Source: Octopus vulgaris (Eukaryota). From it: a DNA stretch of 64,000 bases. Below the pieces are notes generated by a model, which made no database searches, was not told where the DNA came from, and saw only the letters and a list, made by a program, of their open reading frames with translations. The translations under genes were made by a program, and so were the position numbers. The stretch covers positions 2,666,001-2,730,000 of the forward strand of contig OX597821.1 of assembly GCA_951406725.2 (NCBI GenBank), read 5' to 3'. Shown piece after piece: positions 28,590 through 45,720 of the stretch; the first letter of the stretch is position 1, and each line of letters opens with the position of its first letter.

Positions 28590-30209
28590 CAAGTATATAT
28601 ATCTATATATATCTATATATGTATATATATGTTTGCATGCACTCAGACGCACACACATATATGTGCATATTTTCTTATTCTCTTAAAGGGAGACCATTAG
28701 TATACGTAATTTCATACCTGTATATATTGGTGTATCACTGTATCGACCAGCCTATCGGATGTTATCACACACCGCTGGCCACAATTCCCTTCCTCGTATT
28801 GTCTGAGCTTCCAAATTATTCCAACGTACCCCAAAAACAGAAAACTAGATTTATATAAATGTGCGCGTGTGTATGTGTTTGTGTATATATTTATGTTTAT
28901 ATCTATACATGTGTATATAAATTGATAGATATATCTATAGATAGCTATCCCGCCTCACAGGCATATATTCACGCATTTCTGTTTGTGTGTATATGTGTAT
29001 ATACTGCGCGATCCCTATACAGCTATGATATAATCACCAATAGATGTTGCATTTATCCAACCATTTCCATTTAGAAATTCTATATTATATAATTGCAATA
29101 TTGAATCAAATGTAGCAATTTTTGATTCTAATTCTATTGAACTGGGAAGGCATTAAAATCTGAAAATTTATCTGTCCTATAATTTGATCGTAGAAGATAT
29201 AGATTCATTTTAAGTAAATAGAAATAACTTTGATCTACATTGTATTCTTGTCGCATTTGCGTGTTGCCGAGATGAAACTAAATTTTGTGCAATATTCTCT
29301 CATTATGTCTCATACCTCAACTTTCCGTCACTTCTAATTTGATATTATTCTGTTTTGGTTACGTATTTAAATATGAAACGTCTATACTACCAACTAAATA
29401 TTTGAAGCTAAGCTAAGGTGACTACCTATTTTTACTTATCGTTCTCCCCTTCCTCTCTACAGATGCCATTCAAATTCGTTCTAAAAATTTGTCATTACAC
29501 AATCAAGAATTCAAATCTATCATTTCGATTTCACTTGATTTAAATAAACGTATGCTTTCTGCTTATGAAATTATCAGAAATTTATTCATATATATAAAAA
29601 AATATAGTGTGTTATGAAGTTGCGCAGTCTATTGGAGGGGGCATTACATTTACTACCTTGTAGTGTTTTCGATCCCTGAACTCAGCAGTGCTTTGAGTAA
29701 AACATATCGTTTCACGGTAGCCCTGTCCACTCTGAAATATATGTTTTCCAGCTGTAGCCGGGAAGTTGAACCTTCGACATAGCGACTTCCCTTTCAGGGA
29801 GGCGTGGACTTTTCATCACAGTTGTTTATACTCTCAGTCGCGTAGTCTCTGACCTCATGTGTCCTAAAGTGCATGACAGACTTATGTGTAACTCATATCG
29901 GCAGTTAATGTCCTCTTCTGTCAACCGAAAACCAATCCCGTTCTTGATTCACCAAATGTTTATTTATTGCAACATATATCATATCTCAGTAATGATTTAT
30001 TGCTCTCATTAACACGGGTTCAGCTAATTTCTAACACATTAAAACTGTTTTAGTCGTCAACACCAGTTGATCGGTACTTAACACATCACACTCGACGGAA
30101 CATGAAGCAAAGCAGACAGCAGCTGGATTTTAAAATCACAACATAAAGATATACATAAATAATTCACTGTCCTTTCGTTATCAAAATAGAAAAGGTTAAT
30201 GGCGTATAG

Positions 30210-30489
30210 TGTTTATTCCTTCTCAAGCCACGCCGGTTTCCTTGGCGTATAGGCTACACACCTGGACGGGACGCCAGTCCGTCGCACGTGAGATGCAAGA
30301 TGCAGGAGGAAAGAGTGAGAGAAAGTTGTGGCGAAAGGATCAGCAGAAGTTCACCATTACCTTCAGCCGGAGCCGCGTGGGGCTTAGATGTTTTCGCTCA
30401 TAAACATGCACATCGCCCGGTCTGAGATTCGAACCCGGGATCCCGCGACCGCGAGTTCGCTGCTCTAACCACTAGGCCATGTGCCTCCA
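30210..30489 (-). mobile_element. Full-length tRNA-derived SINE (family C, possibly tRNA-Arg related) with TSD
   Basis: Minus: A box TGGCCTAGTGG, B box GGTTCGAATCTC, 3' TGCGACGGACTGGCGTCCCGTCCAGG motif; TSD TTAATGGCGTATAG (30196-30209) / TTAATGACGTGTAG (30490-30503). Confidence 0.85.
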
Positions 30490-30689
30490 TTAATGACGTG
30501 TAGGGACACCGTATTTGGTTAAGTAACAATAATACACAACAAAGTATATGAAACGTCTATATAAGTCAATACCTCAATACTGTGTTCTGCTGTGTTGGCA
30601 GAGCTCTTACATCCCTTATTAAGGCTATCTCAACAGATTTTCTATTTTTCAATAGCACTGACTTTCTTACGACGTTTCTTATCCAAGAC

Positions 30690-30773
30690 GATTGATGTAA
30701 GCACACCAGCATCGGTTGTCAAGCGATGTGGGGGAGGGGGACAAACACAGATACACAAACGTATAAACACACA

Positions 30774-30841
<68 letters not shown>

Positions 30842-31013
30842 CATATATACAACGGGCTTCATACAGTTTCCGTTTGCCAAATCCACTCAAAAGGCTTTGG
30901 TCGGCCTGGGGCTATAGTAGAAGACACTTGCCCAAGTTTCCACTCGGTGGGACTGAACCCGGAACCATGTGGTTCAGGAGCAAGCTACTTACCATACAGC
31001 CCCTCCTGCGCCT
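30690..31013 (-). mobile_element. SINE family A copy
   Basis: Reverse-complement homology to 62875-63130, including internal (TA)n. Confidence 0.8.
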
Positions 31014-31019
31014 ATAGAT

Positions 31020-31220
31020 AATAATTATTATCGAAATTATAATTAAGGGTATCTAAGAGATACCACCATGCTAGATATAGCAGCCAAAACTTCACTCTTA
31101 AACCACATGAAATGTTCATACAATACCAGCAGAGAAGACAAAAAGATCCGGGATTTGAAATCAGCGTGGTTCTGTATGAACATTCAATGTGGTTTTAGAA
31201 TAAATTTTGGCTGCTATATT
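31020..31220. repeat. Second copy of the palindromic family at 22960-23253
   Basis: GGGTATCTAAGAGATACCAC...TAGCAGCCAAAA mirrored by TTTTGGCTGCTATAT with a ~45-nt spacer at the centre. Confidence 0.8.
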
Positions 31221-32175
31221 GTTGGTCGTAAGCAAGCTACTTACCACACAGCCACTCCTACGAATATAACAAGTAAAATAGAAAATGTCACAAGTTGCAT
31301 CAAAAAGCAGTTTTCGTAAACGAAGTTATTGCTGTTTAGTTTCCTCAAGCCAACGTTAGTTCGACAGAACAATAATAAATAAGTTTCCACTCAAAACCAT
31401 TATCGCATTTTTGTATTGTCCTACTTTATCAAAGTTTAATTTCCTTTTATTAAATGATGAACTGTTAATTGAGGGAAATTTGGTGTCTTCTTTTTGGAAC
31501 CGATCAGGAAACCGCGAAGTGATATTTTCATTGCTTCCTCGCATTTGTAATACATTTCACTGAAAGCAGAAAAACAATCAACAATGTATACTAAATGGTT
31601 AAGTAACGTAACCGGAGTAATGTAGAAGAACTTTGTCCTATTTTCTTACGTGTGTTTGTATAATTGAAAAAAAACTATAATAAATGTTGATTAATGTGAG
31701 TTAGTGAAAAGTTTTGTCGAAACCAGCTCATTAAAAACCACTTTGTCTTGTTAAGTTTGACATGTTTTTATATGTCTAATACAGTGTCTGGCGAAGTGTT
31801 TTTAAAACAAAAATGTACATAGCAACTTGTGACTATAATTCAAACGGTGGTTTTACAGTTATATATTTGTATACATAACCCCCCAAACGTACACACACAT
31901 ACATATGTGCAACATACATACATAAATACATATTCGTTTGTGTGCGTGCATGCGCGTGTGTGTGTTAGCTTGTGTGTGTGTTTCTGTGTGTGTCTGTGTG
32001 TATATACAATCTCACATAATATCCGCCCGTTTGTCCACTTTTTCCCTCCCCATTCTATTCATTCGCATGAAGAGCGTATGATCGAAGCGTTAAAGATTGC
32101 TGGTAATGTTCCTCATCGCAAAAATAATGTGCTGTATTTGTCTTACATCATCAATTTAAAAAGAAAACATTTTGG

Positions 32176-32264
<89 letters not shown>

Positions 32265-32266
<2 letters not shown>

Positions 32267-32410
32267 CAGAGTAAGCACATAAATGTGAAACAAGGTGAGA
32301 AAATACCGAAGGTAAAGTGATATGTTTAAAACTTCAAAAACAACACAAAATTATCGAAAAACTCTGATACACAGTTTCACGTTCCCGTTCGTCGGACGGT
32401 TTTCATTAGG
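32265..32410 (-). mobile_element. Degraded copy of the HHR-bearing repeat found at 54555-54780
   Basis: Shared GAGTAA.CACATAAATGTGAAACAAGGTG; degenerate HHR CCGACGA-ACG GGAA CGT-GAAA at 32364-32399 (minus). Confidence 0.65.
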
Positions 32411-33029
32411 AATGGAACAAAAGTTAAGATTATATTTTTAAAATACACTTTACATTGACAGATACATATTTGAAATTGGTTTCGTTTCAGTGGTCCTTTC
32501 AACAAACTGTTTTTTTTACAAACTTTGATATACATAAAATTAAAAGGTTTAAAAACTATATTAACTAAAATCGAAGAATGCATTAAATTAAGACATAACT
32601 TTTAGCTAGAAGGAAATACGTGTATTCCCAGAGTAAATAAATTAACGGTAAAATAAACTTAATTAGATAAAACATAAGTCTGTTTATAATAAAATATTCA
32701 CTTACTGAAATCTAACAGTAAAAACACACGTTATTCATATACAAACGTATACGAATATCATACATATACACACTTATACATATACACACTAAAATGATTC
32801 GTGTACATATGTAAACTACAAATACAAACATTAGGTGTTGGTGCTGGTAGAGCTTTAGTGAGGCGAGCAAATTATGTCGAACGATAAACATGAGTGCTCA
32901 ACACCGCATTGGTGGGTGTAATTTCTTTATTTATGAATTAAGGCCACCACACACACACACGCACACGCACAAAACACACTCACACCTATGTATATATACA
33001 TACTTAGAATTTAATTAAATTAGAACAGA

Positions 33030-33213
33030 TGGACACATTAGTATAATGGAACAAATAGGGGCTGCAATAAGGGTTGAGCACTTGTAGAAAACAGCAGAGC
33101 TTGAAATCGCTCGAATACTCAGGAAGCTGCTCGAAAAATCAGAGGTGTTACTTTAGTTCACCGGTAGTGAACAGTTGACACTGTAGCACATCTCTAGAGT
33201 TAGAAGCTGTGCA
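33030..33213 (+). mobile_element. Extreme 3' end of a different R4/Dong-type element with (AAT)n tail
   Basis: Translation IGAAIRVEHL*KTAELEIARILRKLLE matches the RLE terminal motif (cf. IEKIALLGTAHILRRTL); followed directly by (AAT)n. Confidence 0.65.
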
Positions 33214-33511
<298 letters not shown>

Positions 33512-33885
33512 GATTACACCGGGGACGTTAAACATGTGGGAGCGATAACACAGTGCTCCGAAATCTATCCACAAACATCGGAAACAAAGACTTCGCATGG
33601 AGCTAAAAAATAACTGACAAAGGATTGGACTATATCCGAGTAAGTAATACTCATTGAAATTTATTACTATTTTCAAAAGACGAAATAATGTATTTTGACT
33701 CGATATCATCTCCACCTCTAACACAACACATGTAAACATGCGTGATACATTACGATCCATCAACATCAGATCATCTCCGGTCCCAAACACCATGTACAAA
33801 AAACTACGAATAAATTAAATAATACGGTATTATTCAACCCAAGAATAACAATCAGGAAGTCCGTACTGTAAACTTACAATATAAA

Positions 33886-36800
33886 ATGTACGAAAAACTA
33901 CACGTGCCAAACAATGTGACAACAGAAATGAACGGACCGGTACCCTACGAAAATGACGACTGTCAAAATAATGGGCCGGACGTTGTTCCTCACGTCCCGC
34001 AAATAAAACCCAACAGACATAAATGGACACGTGAGGAATACATTTCTATCCTACACGCTTACTTTACAGCAGTGATCTACTTAAAGAATGAAAATACAAC
34101 AACACATACATACAAAATATGGAAGAAAAATAACATAAATAAAGACCTGGATACAACAATGAACCCTAATAAACTAGCAAATATACGGAGATATATTCTC
34201 AACGCAAAAAATATATCAGAAATAGAAATAGAACATTTAAAAGAAAAAATACATCAGGAAAATGTAGCTAGAAGCCACACAACAATGCCAAATAATATAA
34301 ACACTGAAACAGTAAAACACGAAGACAAACGTAACATTTCCAACAAAAACGATGTAAGCAAAAAACAACAAACCCAGACCGTAAGGATGCATAATAATAC
34401 ACGACAAACAGCAAGCCAAAACACGGCAAACAAACATACGGATGAGATAGAAAGCGACACAAATCTAAAACCTGGAAACAACGAAAGGGAGCCTAATGAT
34501 TATGATAATATAAAAAGTAGAATAATCAAAGAACTGAAAACCACAGAGCTCAAAATCCCGAAAATCAAAATAGACAAAACAACAACATCAATTATAAACA
34601 ACATAAACCTAGCCGTCACGGAACTAATAGCCACTGAAACAAAAAGCGATATCACTGAGCTAAATTACTTAGCATACGCAGCAGCCACTGCAGCCACAAA
34701 AGAAGTAGGATACTCACTCAAACCCATCCAAACAGGAGTACCACCACCCAAAGAAAACTTGTGGATAAATAACATCCAAAACAAAAAACAAAATATGAGA
34801 AAAGATCTGTCGATTCTTAATGAAATCAGTAGACAATCAACGCTACTGAGCAACAAAGAGAAAACAAAAATACTCCGAAAATACAACACCACAGAAAAAG
34901 ATTTACCTGAGATAAAAGAATAGCTGAAGCAAGATATCCTTGCCAAAGCACAAATGATCTGCCGGTACGAGAAACGCCAATGTGTCTTTGAACAAAACAA
35001 AAAGTTCAACTCCAACCCCAAAAAGTTCTACCAAGAACTTGGCAAAAATAAAATAGAAATCACTGCAGCACCAACGGCAGAAGAAGTAGAAGAATTCTGG
35101 AGAGAAATATGGTCGGCGAACGAACAACCAAGAAAGCGAGTATTTAAGCAACAAACTCAGCATCTGAGCAACTTTGGACCCCCATAACAACTGAAGAGGT
35201 CACCCAGGCACTGCAAAGACTAAGCAACTGGAAGGCACCTGGGCATGACAAGATCCCCAACTTCTGGTTGAAATATCTAACAGGAATGCCCAAAAAGCTG
35301 GCTGAAAATTTTAACAACATACTAGCAGAGCCAGAGACAAAGCCTGAGTGGCTCACAAAGAGGAAAACCATCTTAATTACCAAATCAAATGAGACAGCAA
35401 AACCAGAAAACTACAGACCTATAACCTGTCTCCCTACAATGTACAAAGCATTTACTGCAGTAATATCGCAAAGATTGAACAAGCACCTGGACGAAAACAA
35501 CCTGTTTCCAGAAGAGCAGAAAGGATGCCGCAAAGGCACATATGGCTGTAAAGATCAACTAATGATGAATAAAGCCATAACTGAAGACAGCCACAGAAAG
35601 AAGAAAGGCCTCAGTATGGCCTGGATCGACTACAAAATGGCGTTTGATAGCATCCCCCACACATGGATTCTCGAAACACTAGCCATGAACAAATTTGCAC
35701 CAACAATTATAAAGTACATAGGACACTCTATGAATAAATGGCGAACAGTACTACACCTCCAAACAAAAGAGGGACTCATGAAAACCAAAGACATCCCCAT
35801 TAGAAGAGGAATATTCCAGGGAGACACGCTCTCTCCACTCCTTTTCTGTTTGGCACTGTCACCTCTATCGGATATGCTAAACAGAACTGGATGCGGATAT
35901 AAATGTTACGGCAAAAAGATCAGCCACAAAAGAATTAAACCAAAGCCAAACTTACAAATACTTAGGAATCCATGAACTACCTAAGACACAACACACACAA
36001 ATGAAAGAGAAAATAAAGAAAAGAATATTATAGACGAGTTAGATCAATACTGAAAGAAGAGCTCAATGCTAAAAACAGGATAATAGGTATCAATACTTTA
36101 GCCGTCCCAGTTATAAGTTACAGCTACAATATCCTTAACTGGACACGAAATGAATAGATCGGGAAACAAGAAAAATAATGACAGGATTTAGGATGCATCA
36201 CCCAAAATCTGACATAGAAAGGTTATATATACAACGTATAGAAGGTGGTAGAGGCCTTATACAACTGGAAAACTACTATAAAATAACCACCATAGGACTG
36301 CAAAAATATCTACTTCAGAAGGAAGGACAATTGATACAAATAGCGGCAAAACACAAGCAAAACAAAAAACTGTTCTCAGTATTTAAGGAAGCTGACAAAT
36401 ACAAACAAGAAAGCATACCACCTAATAAATATGAAGAAGAAGAAGAAGAAGAAGAAGAAGAAGAAGAAGAAGAAGAAGAAGAAGAAGAGGAAGGAGGAGG
36501 AGAAGAAGAAGAAGAAGAAGAAGAAGAATAAGAAGAAGAAAAAGAAGAAGAAGAAGAAGAAGAAGAAGAAGAAGAAGAAGAAGAAGAAGATGATGAAGAA
36601 ACAACAAAATCTATAAAACAAATGAAATCCAAACTAAAAATAGAACAGCAACGAACCATGATAAAACGATGGCAAGAAAAGCCCCTTCATGGCAAATACT
36701 GGACTAAACTAAATGCAAAAGAAATAGACAAAGAAAAATCCCAGCAATGGTTGAAAAGCTCAGGGCTCAAAGCAGAGACAGGGGGATTTTAAATTGCAGC

Positions 36801-37430
36801 ACAAGACCAAAGCCTAGCCACCAGAAATTACCAAAGACATGTAATGAAAAGAAATATAACAAGTAACTGCAGAATATGTGGAGATGGACAAGAAACAATA
36901 AATCATATTATCTCTGGCTGCCCAGTCCTGGCTAAGAAGGAATATATTCACAGACACGACCGAGTTGGGACCTACATACACTGGAAGCTATGCCAACATT
37001 ATGGAATAACAACAGAAAAAAGATGGTATAGGCACACACCAGAAGAGGTCACAGAAAACGAGGAAGCAACCATATTCTGGGATATGCCAATACACACAGA
37101 TAGAGAAATTAAGGCCAACAGTCCAGATATAGTTGTCAGAGATCATGAAGAAAAAAATGCTTTCTAATTGATATACCAGCGGATGATAACGTGTCTCTAA
37201 AAGAAATAGAGAAACTTTCAAAATACAAAGACCTGGAAATAGAGGTAACAAGATTGTGGAATCTAATAGCAGAAACAATTCCTATAATAATAGGTGCATT
37301 AGGCATGATAAAAACATATTCAGACAAATACATAACAAAAACACCAGAACTTACAAACACATATAACATAGAGAAAATTGCACTACTAGGCACTGCACAC
37401 ATCCTACGCAGAACACTTTCCATACAATAA
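33886..37430 (+). pseudogene. Dong/R4 polyprotein (RT + CCHC + restriction-like endonuclease), with stops, frameshifts and YxDD deletion
   Basis: ORF pieces 33886-34923, 34954-35187, 35268-35975, 36178-36531, 36844-37167 and 37191-37430; KKISH is joined directly to the KELN..TYKYLG region near 35927. Confidence 0.88.
36432..36600 (+). repeat. (GAA)n expansion inside the Dong ORF
   Basis: Poly-E in the reading frame of ORF 36178-36531; one GAA>TAA stop. Confidence 0.95.
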
Positions 37431-37523
37431 CCATCAGAGCATTACAACAAATCACAACACATACCCAAGGCACACAGAGCTGCGCTCGGTAGTGAAGTGA
37501 AAGCACGATATAAAAATATACTA

Positions 37524-40343
<2,820 letters not shown>

Positions 40344-40363
40344 TAATAATAAATAATAATAAA

Positions 40364-40878
40364 TGACCTGATGAAGTACCAGGCAGTGTCTCTCTTGGCT
40401 TCTCATTTTAACTGGTTGGAAGTATTATCATGGACATTGTTTTGTCTTGGTATAAAAGATGGATTGTCAGTTGTTTGACCATAACCATTTGGGCATGTCC
40501 CTTTGTGGCTGACGATATGTGCATCTCTGATCACGGGAGGTAGTGGGGGAGCATCATAGCCAGTTGTTGAGTGTTATTGTTTGGGGTTTGAATAATTCAC
40601 CTATGGAAACATGGGTGTTTCTTTAAACATCCTGAAACAACCCTTATTCAGGGACCTATTTAGCGAGATGTGTTACTCGACCAGAATAAAATTTTAACTG
40701 GGCCCCACCTGCAAGGTCATGTGCTGTTTATCTTGATATGAGATCACCATGTCGCGCACATATAGTTGTGATACATGTGCCTAGTGTACCTTATCAGACG
40801 GGAAGTCACGATGGCTATAATGGGCTTAGTATATTTTACCCCAGTGTCACTTTGATGGCATGCAATGCTCTCTCATTC
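40364..40878 (+). mobile_element. Element X copy between (AAT)n arrays
   Basis: Homologous to 11393-11856 (minus); ends TGCTCTCTCATTC followed by (AAT)27 at 40879-40960. Confidence 0.75.
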
Positions 40879-40963
<85 letters not shown>

Positions 40964-41717
40964 GCTCCTCTTTCCCAACAAAAGACAAAAGCTAAATATG
41001 GGTGTTGTACTTTATGAAAAGTCTTGACATTGCAAATGGTATCACAATATGAGCACTAGTTTCAGTTAGCCGTTTAACCTTCATACAGGAGGGACACGAG
41101 TATAAAGTGATTCGTTACAACTCTGCAGATGTAGCAGCCATGTCTCTCTCCGATTTTAATTGGTCTGATGAAGACGTGAACGAGCAGTGTACAAAGTAAT
41201 AAAGATTAGAAACGGGAAAATGCTGATGAAAGAAGTAAAAATGTAATCAAGGAGCAATATGAGTAAAGAATTAATCCAAAAGAATAGGAAAGGAAAAAAA
41301 AACGTCGCTGATATTTTATAGGCGTTTTTACAATGATTGATCAAATATCTCCAGCAAAGAAATGGGTAATGTACCTGGAGAGGGAAGAAAGCAAAGATAG
41401 ATAAATACAGATTGATAGATAGAGAATCTGAAGAAGAGGTGTATATATCAAGAAAATTGTACATAAATAAAAGCACATATTTAATAGGAAGAAATAATAG
41501 ATCCAACAATAATGTTTTTTCCTATATGTCGAGGGAAAATCATATATTGCTCATAGTTTTTTCACTTAAAAAAATTGATGAGAAGATAACGAAATATTGA
41601 TTTTCATCTCCTTTTTCATCGAAAGAGATTAAGTTTGAACGGGCTTAATATGAAACTTAGGTAGGAGCAAGTGCATCTGTGTAAAAATAGTCATAAGCAT
41701 ATGCACAAATGTGTATG

Positions 41718-41751
<34 letters not shown>

Positions 41752-41822
41752 TGTATGTATGTATGTATGTATGTATGTATGTATGTATGTATGTATTATC
41801 TACCTACCTTTCTTGCTATCTC

Positions 41823-41858
<36 letters not shown>

Positions 41859-42046
41859 TATTTGTGTGTGTGTATGTGTGTATGTGTGCATGCGTGTGTG
41901 TGTGTACGCATCTAGTTTCTTTCAGCTTCCTCCTACATATTCAACCACAAGACTCTACTCGGAGCTCTAGTAGAAGACAATTGCCCATCGTAGGATAAAG
42001 TGAGACTGTTCCTGAACTCTATTATTGTCAAGCAGAGCACTAACCA

Positions 42047-42087
<41 letters not shown>

Positions 42088-42131
42088 GTGTATATACAGA
42101 GCAACATAAATAGAAATACACATACAGACGC

Positions 42132-42176
<45 letters not shown>

Positions 42177-42311
42177 CGCAGAATCAATGGGTTTAGTTCA
42201 CTGGTGATCTAAACGAATAGGTGCGCTGGATAAGTCCTGTAACGGATTATGAGTGTTACAATCTCGTAACTGAGATGGGGCTTTGGATCACTTTTGGGCT
42301 TTCGATTTAGC

Positions 42312-42467
42312 AACAAACGCCGATGCATAGCAAGCATCTCAAGTTTTGTACAATATTTTATATTATTCTTAAATTATTCATAAATTAATAAGACCTTAAC
42401 TAATTTAAGAATGATATAAAACAATGTATAAGACTTGAGATTCTCGTTATGGCTCGGCGTTTGTTGT
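42312..42467. repeat. Imperfect ~155-bp hairpin
   Basis: CAACAAACGCCGA...ATCTCAAGT...ATTCTTAAATTA mirrored by TAATTTAAGAAT...ACTTGAGAT...TCGGCGTTTGTTG. Confidence 0.85.
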
Positions 42468-42519
42468 CCTGTTTCCCAAGTACATATGAGCGCAAGATCC
42501 GCACGTTTTATTATTCTCT

Positions 42520-42665
42520 CTCTGTTTATTTTCTCTTGTTGCTTTCTGCTGAAGAGCGTAGGCTTGAAACGTGAAAGATTTTCTCAAATTCCAGAGCATT
42601 AAACTAATATGCTAACTTGTTATTCATAAAACTGTCTTCATCTTTTCTTCCTGTAAATTTCAGCT
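42520..42665 (+). mobile_element. Short repeat with HHR-like motif (family shared with 47385-47520 and 395-520)
   Basis: GAAGAGCGTAGGCT.GAAACGT core and downstream ACTAATA...CTGTCTTC shared by three loci. Confidence 0.6.
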
Positions 42666-43075
42666 ATATTCTTTTATTCTTTTATACTTCCCAGTTTTTT
42701 TACCGTGGCCCTTGTAGAGCATTGCCTTAAAGTATCTTAGTCGTAGCAATAAATCTCAGGACGTATATTTATAAGTTGAGTACTTACTCTATTGGACTCT
42801 TTTGTCGAACTGCTAAGTTACGAGGACATAAACACTTCAATATAAGTTGTTATGGGATGGTGGTATACACAGACACAGATATACACAAATAAATACACTT
42901 ACATAATGGTCGAAATGAAGAGTAGATAGAAAGCCGACAACTGATGAAGGGTCATTCTCTGTGTTTATTTGTCTTATTTACTATTACTTCTCTCGCTGTT
43001 TTGCGAATTTAACTCGTTTGTTTTCGCACCTCATGTTGTTTACACTGTTGGTGGCGTCCTGTACCTATACATGCA

Positions 43076-43131
<56 letters not shown>

Positions 43132-43234
43132 TATATATACATATATATACATATATGCGTATATATATATGCATATATATACATATATATATATATATTA
43201 TGTATATTATTATAGATGCATATATATGTATACA

Positions 43235-43318
<84 letters not shown>

Positions 43319-44719
43319 CATATATTAGCATGTGTGTGGGTAAATGTACGAATGCTCATATGTGCGGGTTTGTGTGTGTGTGTGTTTAAGAAGAAGTGAG
43401 AAATAGATAGAGAGAGAGTGTGTGAAAGACAGAGAGAGGGTGAGAGAGTGAAGTAGAGACACAGACAGTGAAGCGTAATTTGTGCAATTATGATACTTTA
43501 CATGATTGACTTTTATTTGCGTGTGCACCCACAAGTAGAAGTACAGTTTTGCTTTGCAGAGTCTAAAGCAAGTTTTATTACCTCCGTCTCAAGAACATTT
43601 ACTTCACTTCTGTTTTTACTGATAGTCATAATAACATAAACGTCACGCAATAATCACATTTTCCGTAAATTTGCATGGAAGATGTTTTCTTCTTGTTTCT
43701 TTTCTTTTTTTCATTCTCAGTCTATGTAAATAAATAGAATTATCTTCTGGGAAAACTCCTAACTGCACTCGCGTATATTTTAAAGAAATCTGTTTCGTCT
43801 CAGTTCTATAGAATAAAATATGTTTTGCTTCGTTTCTTCCTAATCTGAGTGAGATACGTTCAGATAGCATTTTTCTTTGTTAGATAAAATATTTCAAGAA
43901 AATAAATGTTCCTTAAAGAAATATTACCTCCTGTCAATTCTTCTTGAGCTTAATTTGGCTGGGGAGAAAAATAGAAGAAATTATTAATAACAGTTATTTG
44001 TCACAAGAAATAATTACATGTCTATTGCACTTTAATCAAGATTTATCGCAGAAGTCTGCCTTTGTGCTTTATGCGGGTATTAGTTGTTCTATATTACTTT
44101 TCACCGTACAGACGATGTGTATGAATATATAGAAGGTATTAACCATGGGTTCTATTGTGCATTTTCAGTTTCCTGTGCATTACTTTGGTTTTGCATAGAA
44201 ACAGTTATACATTAAGAAAACGACTGTTGTATTAAAAAATGATTTGTCTAAACTAGTTAACTTTGACGTCATTGCTAAAAGATACACATGATCTTTTCAT
44301 GAAAGATGGTTTGTTGCGGATATATATATAGTTTTGCCACTATCAATTTCATCAAGCATTTATATTGTTATGTTTTGTTTTGCAACTCAAAGCACATGAA
44401 AAATAAGACTAATTCTCTCTTTTAAAATTTAGCACTTTCCCATAACATTATGTACACAGCAAATATTATTACAGAAATGTGAACATATGTAAGGGTCTTA
44501 GTATGTTTTCTATGGATACAGGCCTGTACTTATTCATAGGTTACATTTTATACCTCTGCGTCAGCCTTACAAATACCATAATACCATACGTATTGCAATT
44601 TGTGTTGTCATACCCTGGAGAATCTGACAATGGTTTAAGTCTCAGTTTCTCAGTAAGAAATTTCATCTACAAACACTCTACATGCATGGTGCTTCCTCTC
44701 TTTCTATCCTCTGCTATCA

Positions 44720-45720
44720 TCCATTTGTGTCTTCTGCTCTATGATCTAAGTGTATGTGGTGAATGCGCATAATTTGTAGTAAGAGCAAAAGGAACATATT
44801 TGAATGTATAATTTTCCATCCGTCTAGGTTTACACGGGTAAACACAAAAGTAAATGGCCTATTTTCTGTGGAAGAAGAGCAAATGGATTTACGACCTACG
44901 ATGAAATCTGCAAGCCTTCCTCTCTGAAACATCCTTATTTCCTTAGTAATTGCCATTCGCCTGACTTTCCTAGATTCGTTTTCTGTTGTTCTCCAAGATC
45001 TATGGATTGAGCACAACAAGTTTTGGCACACTCGCTTGTAATTTCCATTGAGTAAGTACCTCGTTTATCTGTTGACCTTATTTCGCACCACGTTCATTAC
45101 AAATGTTAGTACAATGTTTCTCATTGCCATATAGAAGAAGATTGGCACGACGTTGGTGTTAATTTAAATGGAATTTTGTATAAGAACGTAACGAGCCTAA
45201 AGAAACGCTAAGTATTTCATCTGACGCACTAAAGAATATGCCAGCTTGCATTCTTTCTGTACCCTAGTATTGATGAGATGTGTCTATGAATACAAGGGAT
45301 AAAGCATGAGTTACTTACCTAGCTTACAGTGGACTTTTTAGCTTTGTGAGATTTTCATAACTAGAGTATATATACTGTTTAATGTAAAGATGTTGTTACT
45401 TATGAAAGGATGTATGCTCGTCATGATCCTGCCAATTACACAGATGTTTCTGTAATATTTGCCGATCTCCTATTTCATTTTATCTTGGTGGGGGGCATGG
45501 GGTATGTAATATCTACCTCTGTGTAAACCGTGCGACTTGCCATTCTCGAAAATATGGACTCCACAGCTTTGAGATTAGCGGTGTCACAAATTTGTGTCTC
45601 CCACAGAGCTAATGTATCGATGCAGAATTTTAAAGTCACTTTGCAATCAGTGTCGTCAGGTGTTCTAAGATTACATAAACCTATCAAAATTCCTTTGCTA
45701 CTAGCGAATTTGTCACTGCT
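44720..45720 (-). pseudogene. Highly degraded LINE AP-endonuclease region (RTE-like)
   Basis: Minus ORF 45475-45792 LIGLCNLRT...KFCIDTLALWETQ resembles APE motifs I/II (IGTWNVRT, DIAALQETR); GRLADFIV in 44717-45031 resembles the IDYI motif. Confidence 0.35.

Noticed and set aside
31437-31559. Strong minus-strand acceptor (TTTTTCTGCTTTCAG) followed by a 40-codon frame EMYYKCEEAMK...
   Set aside because: No recognisable homology or convincing donor; insufficient to call an exon.
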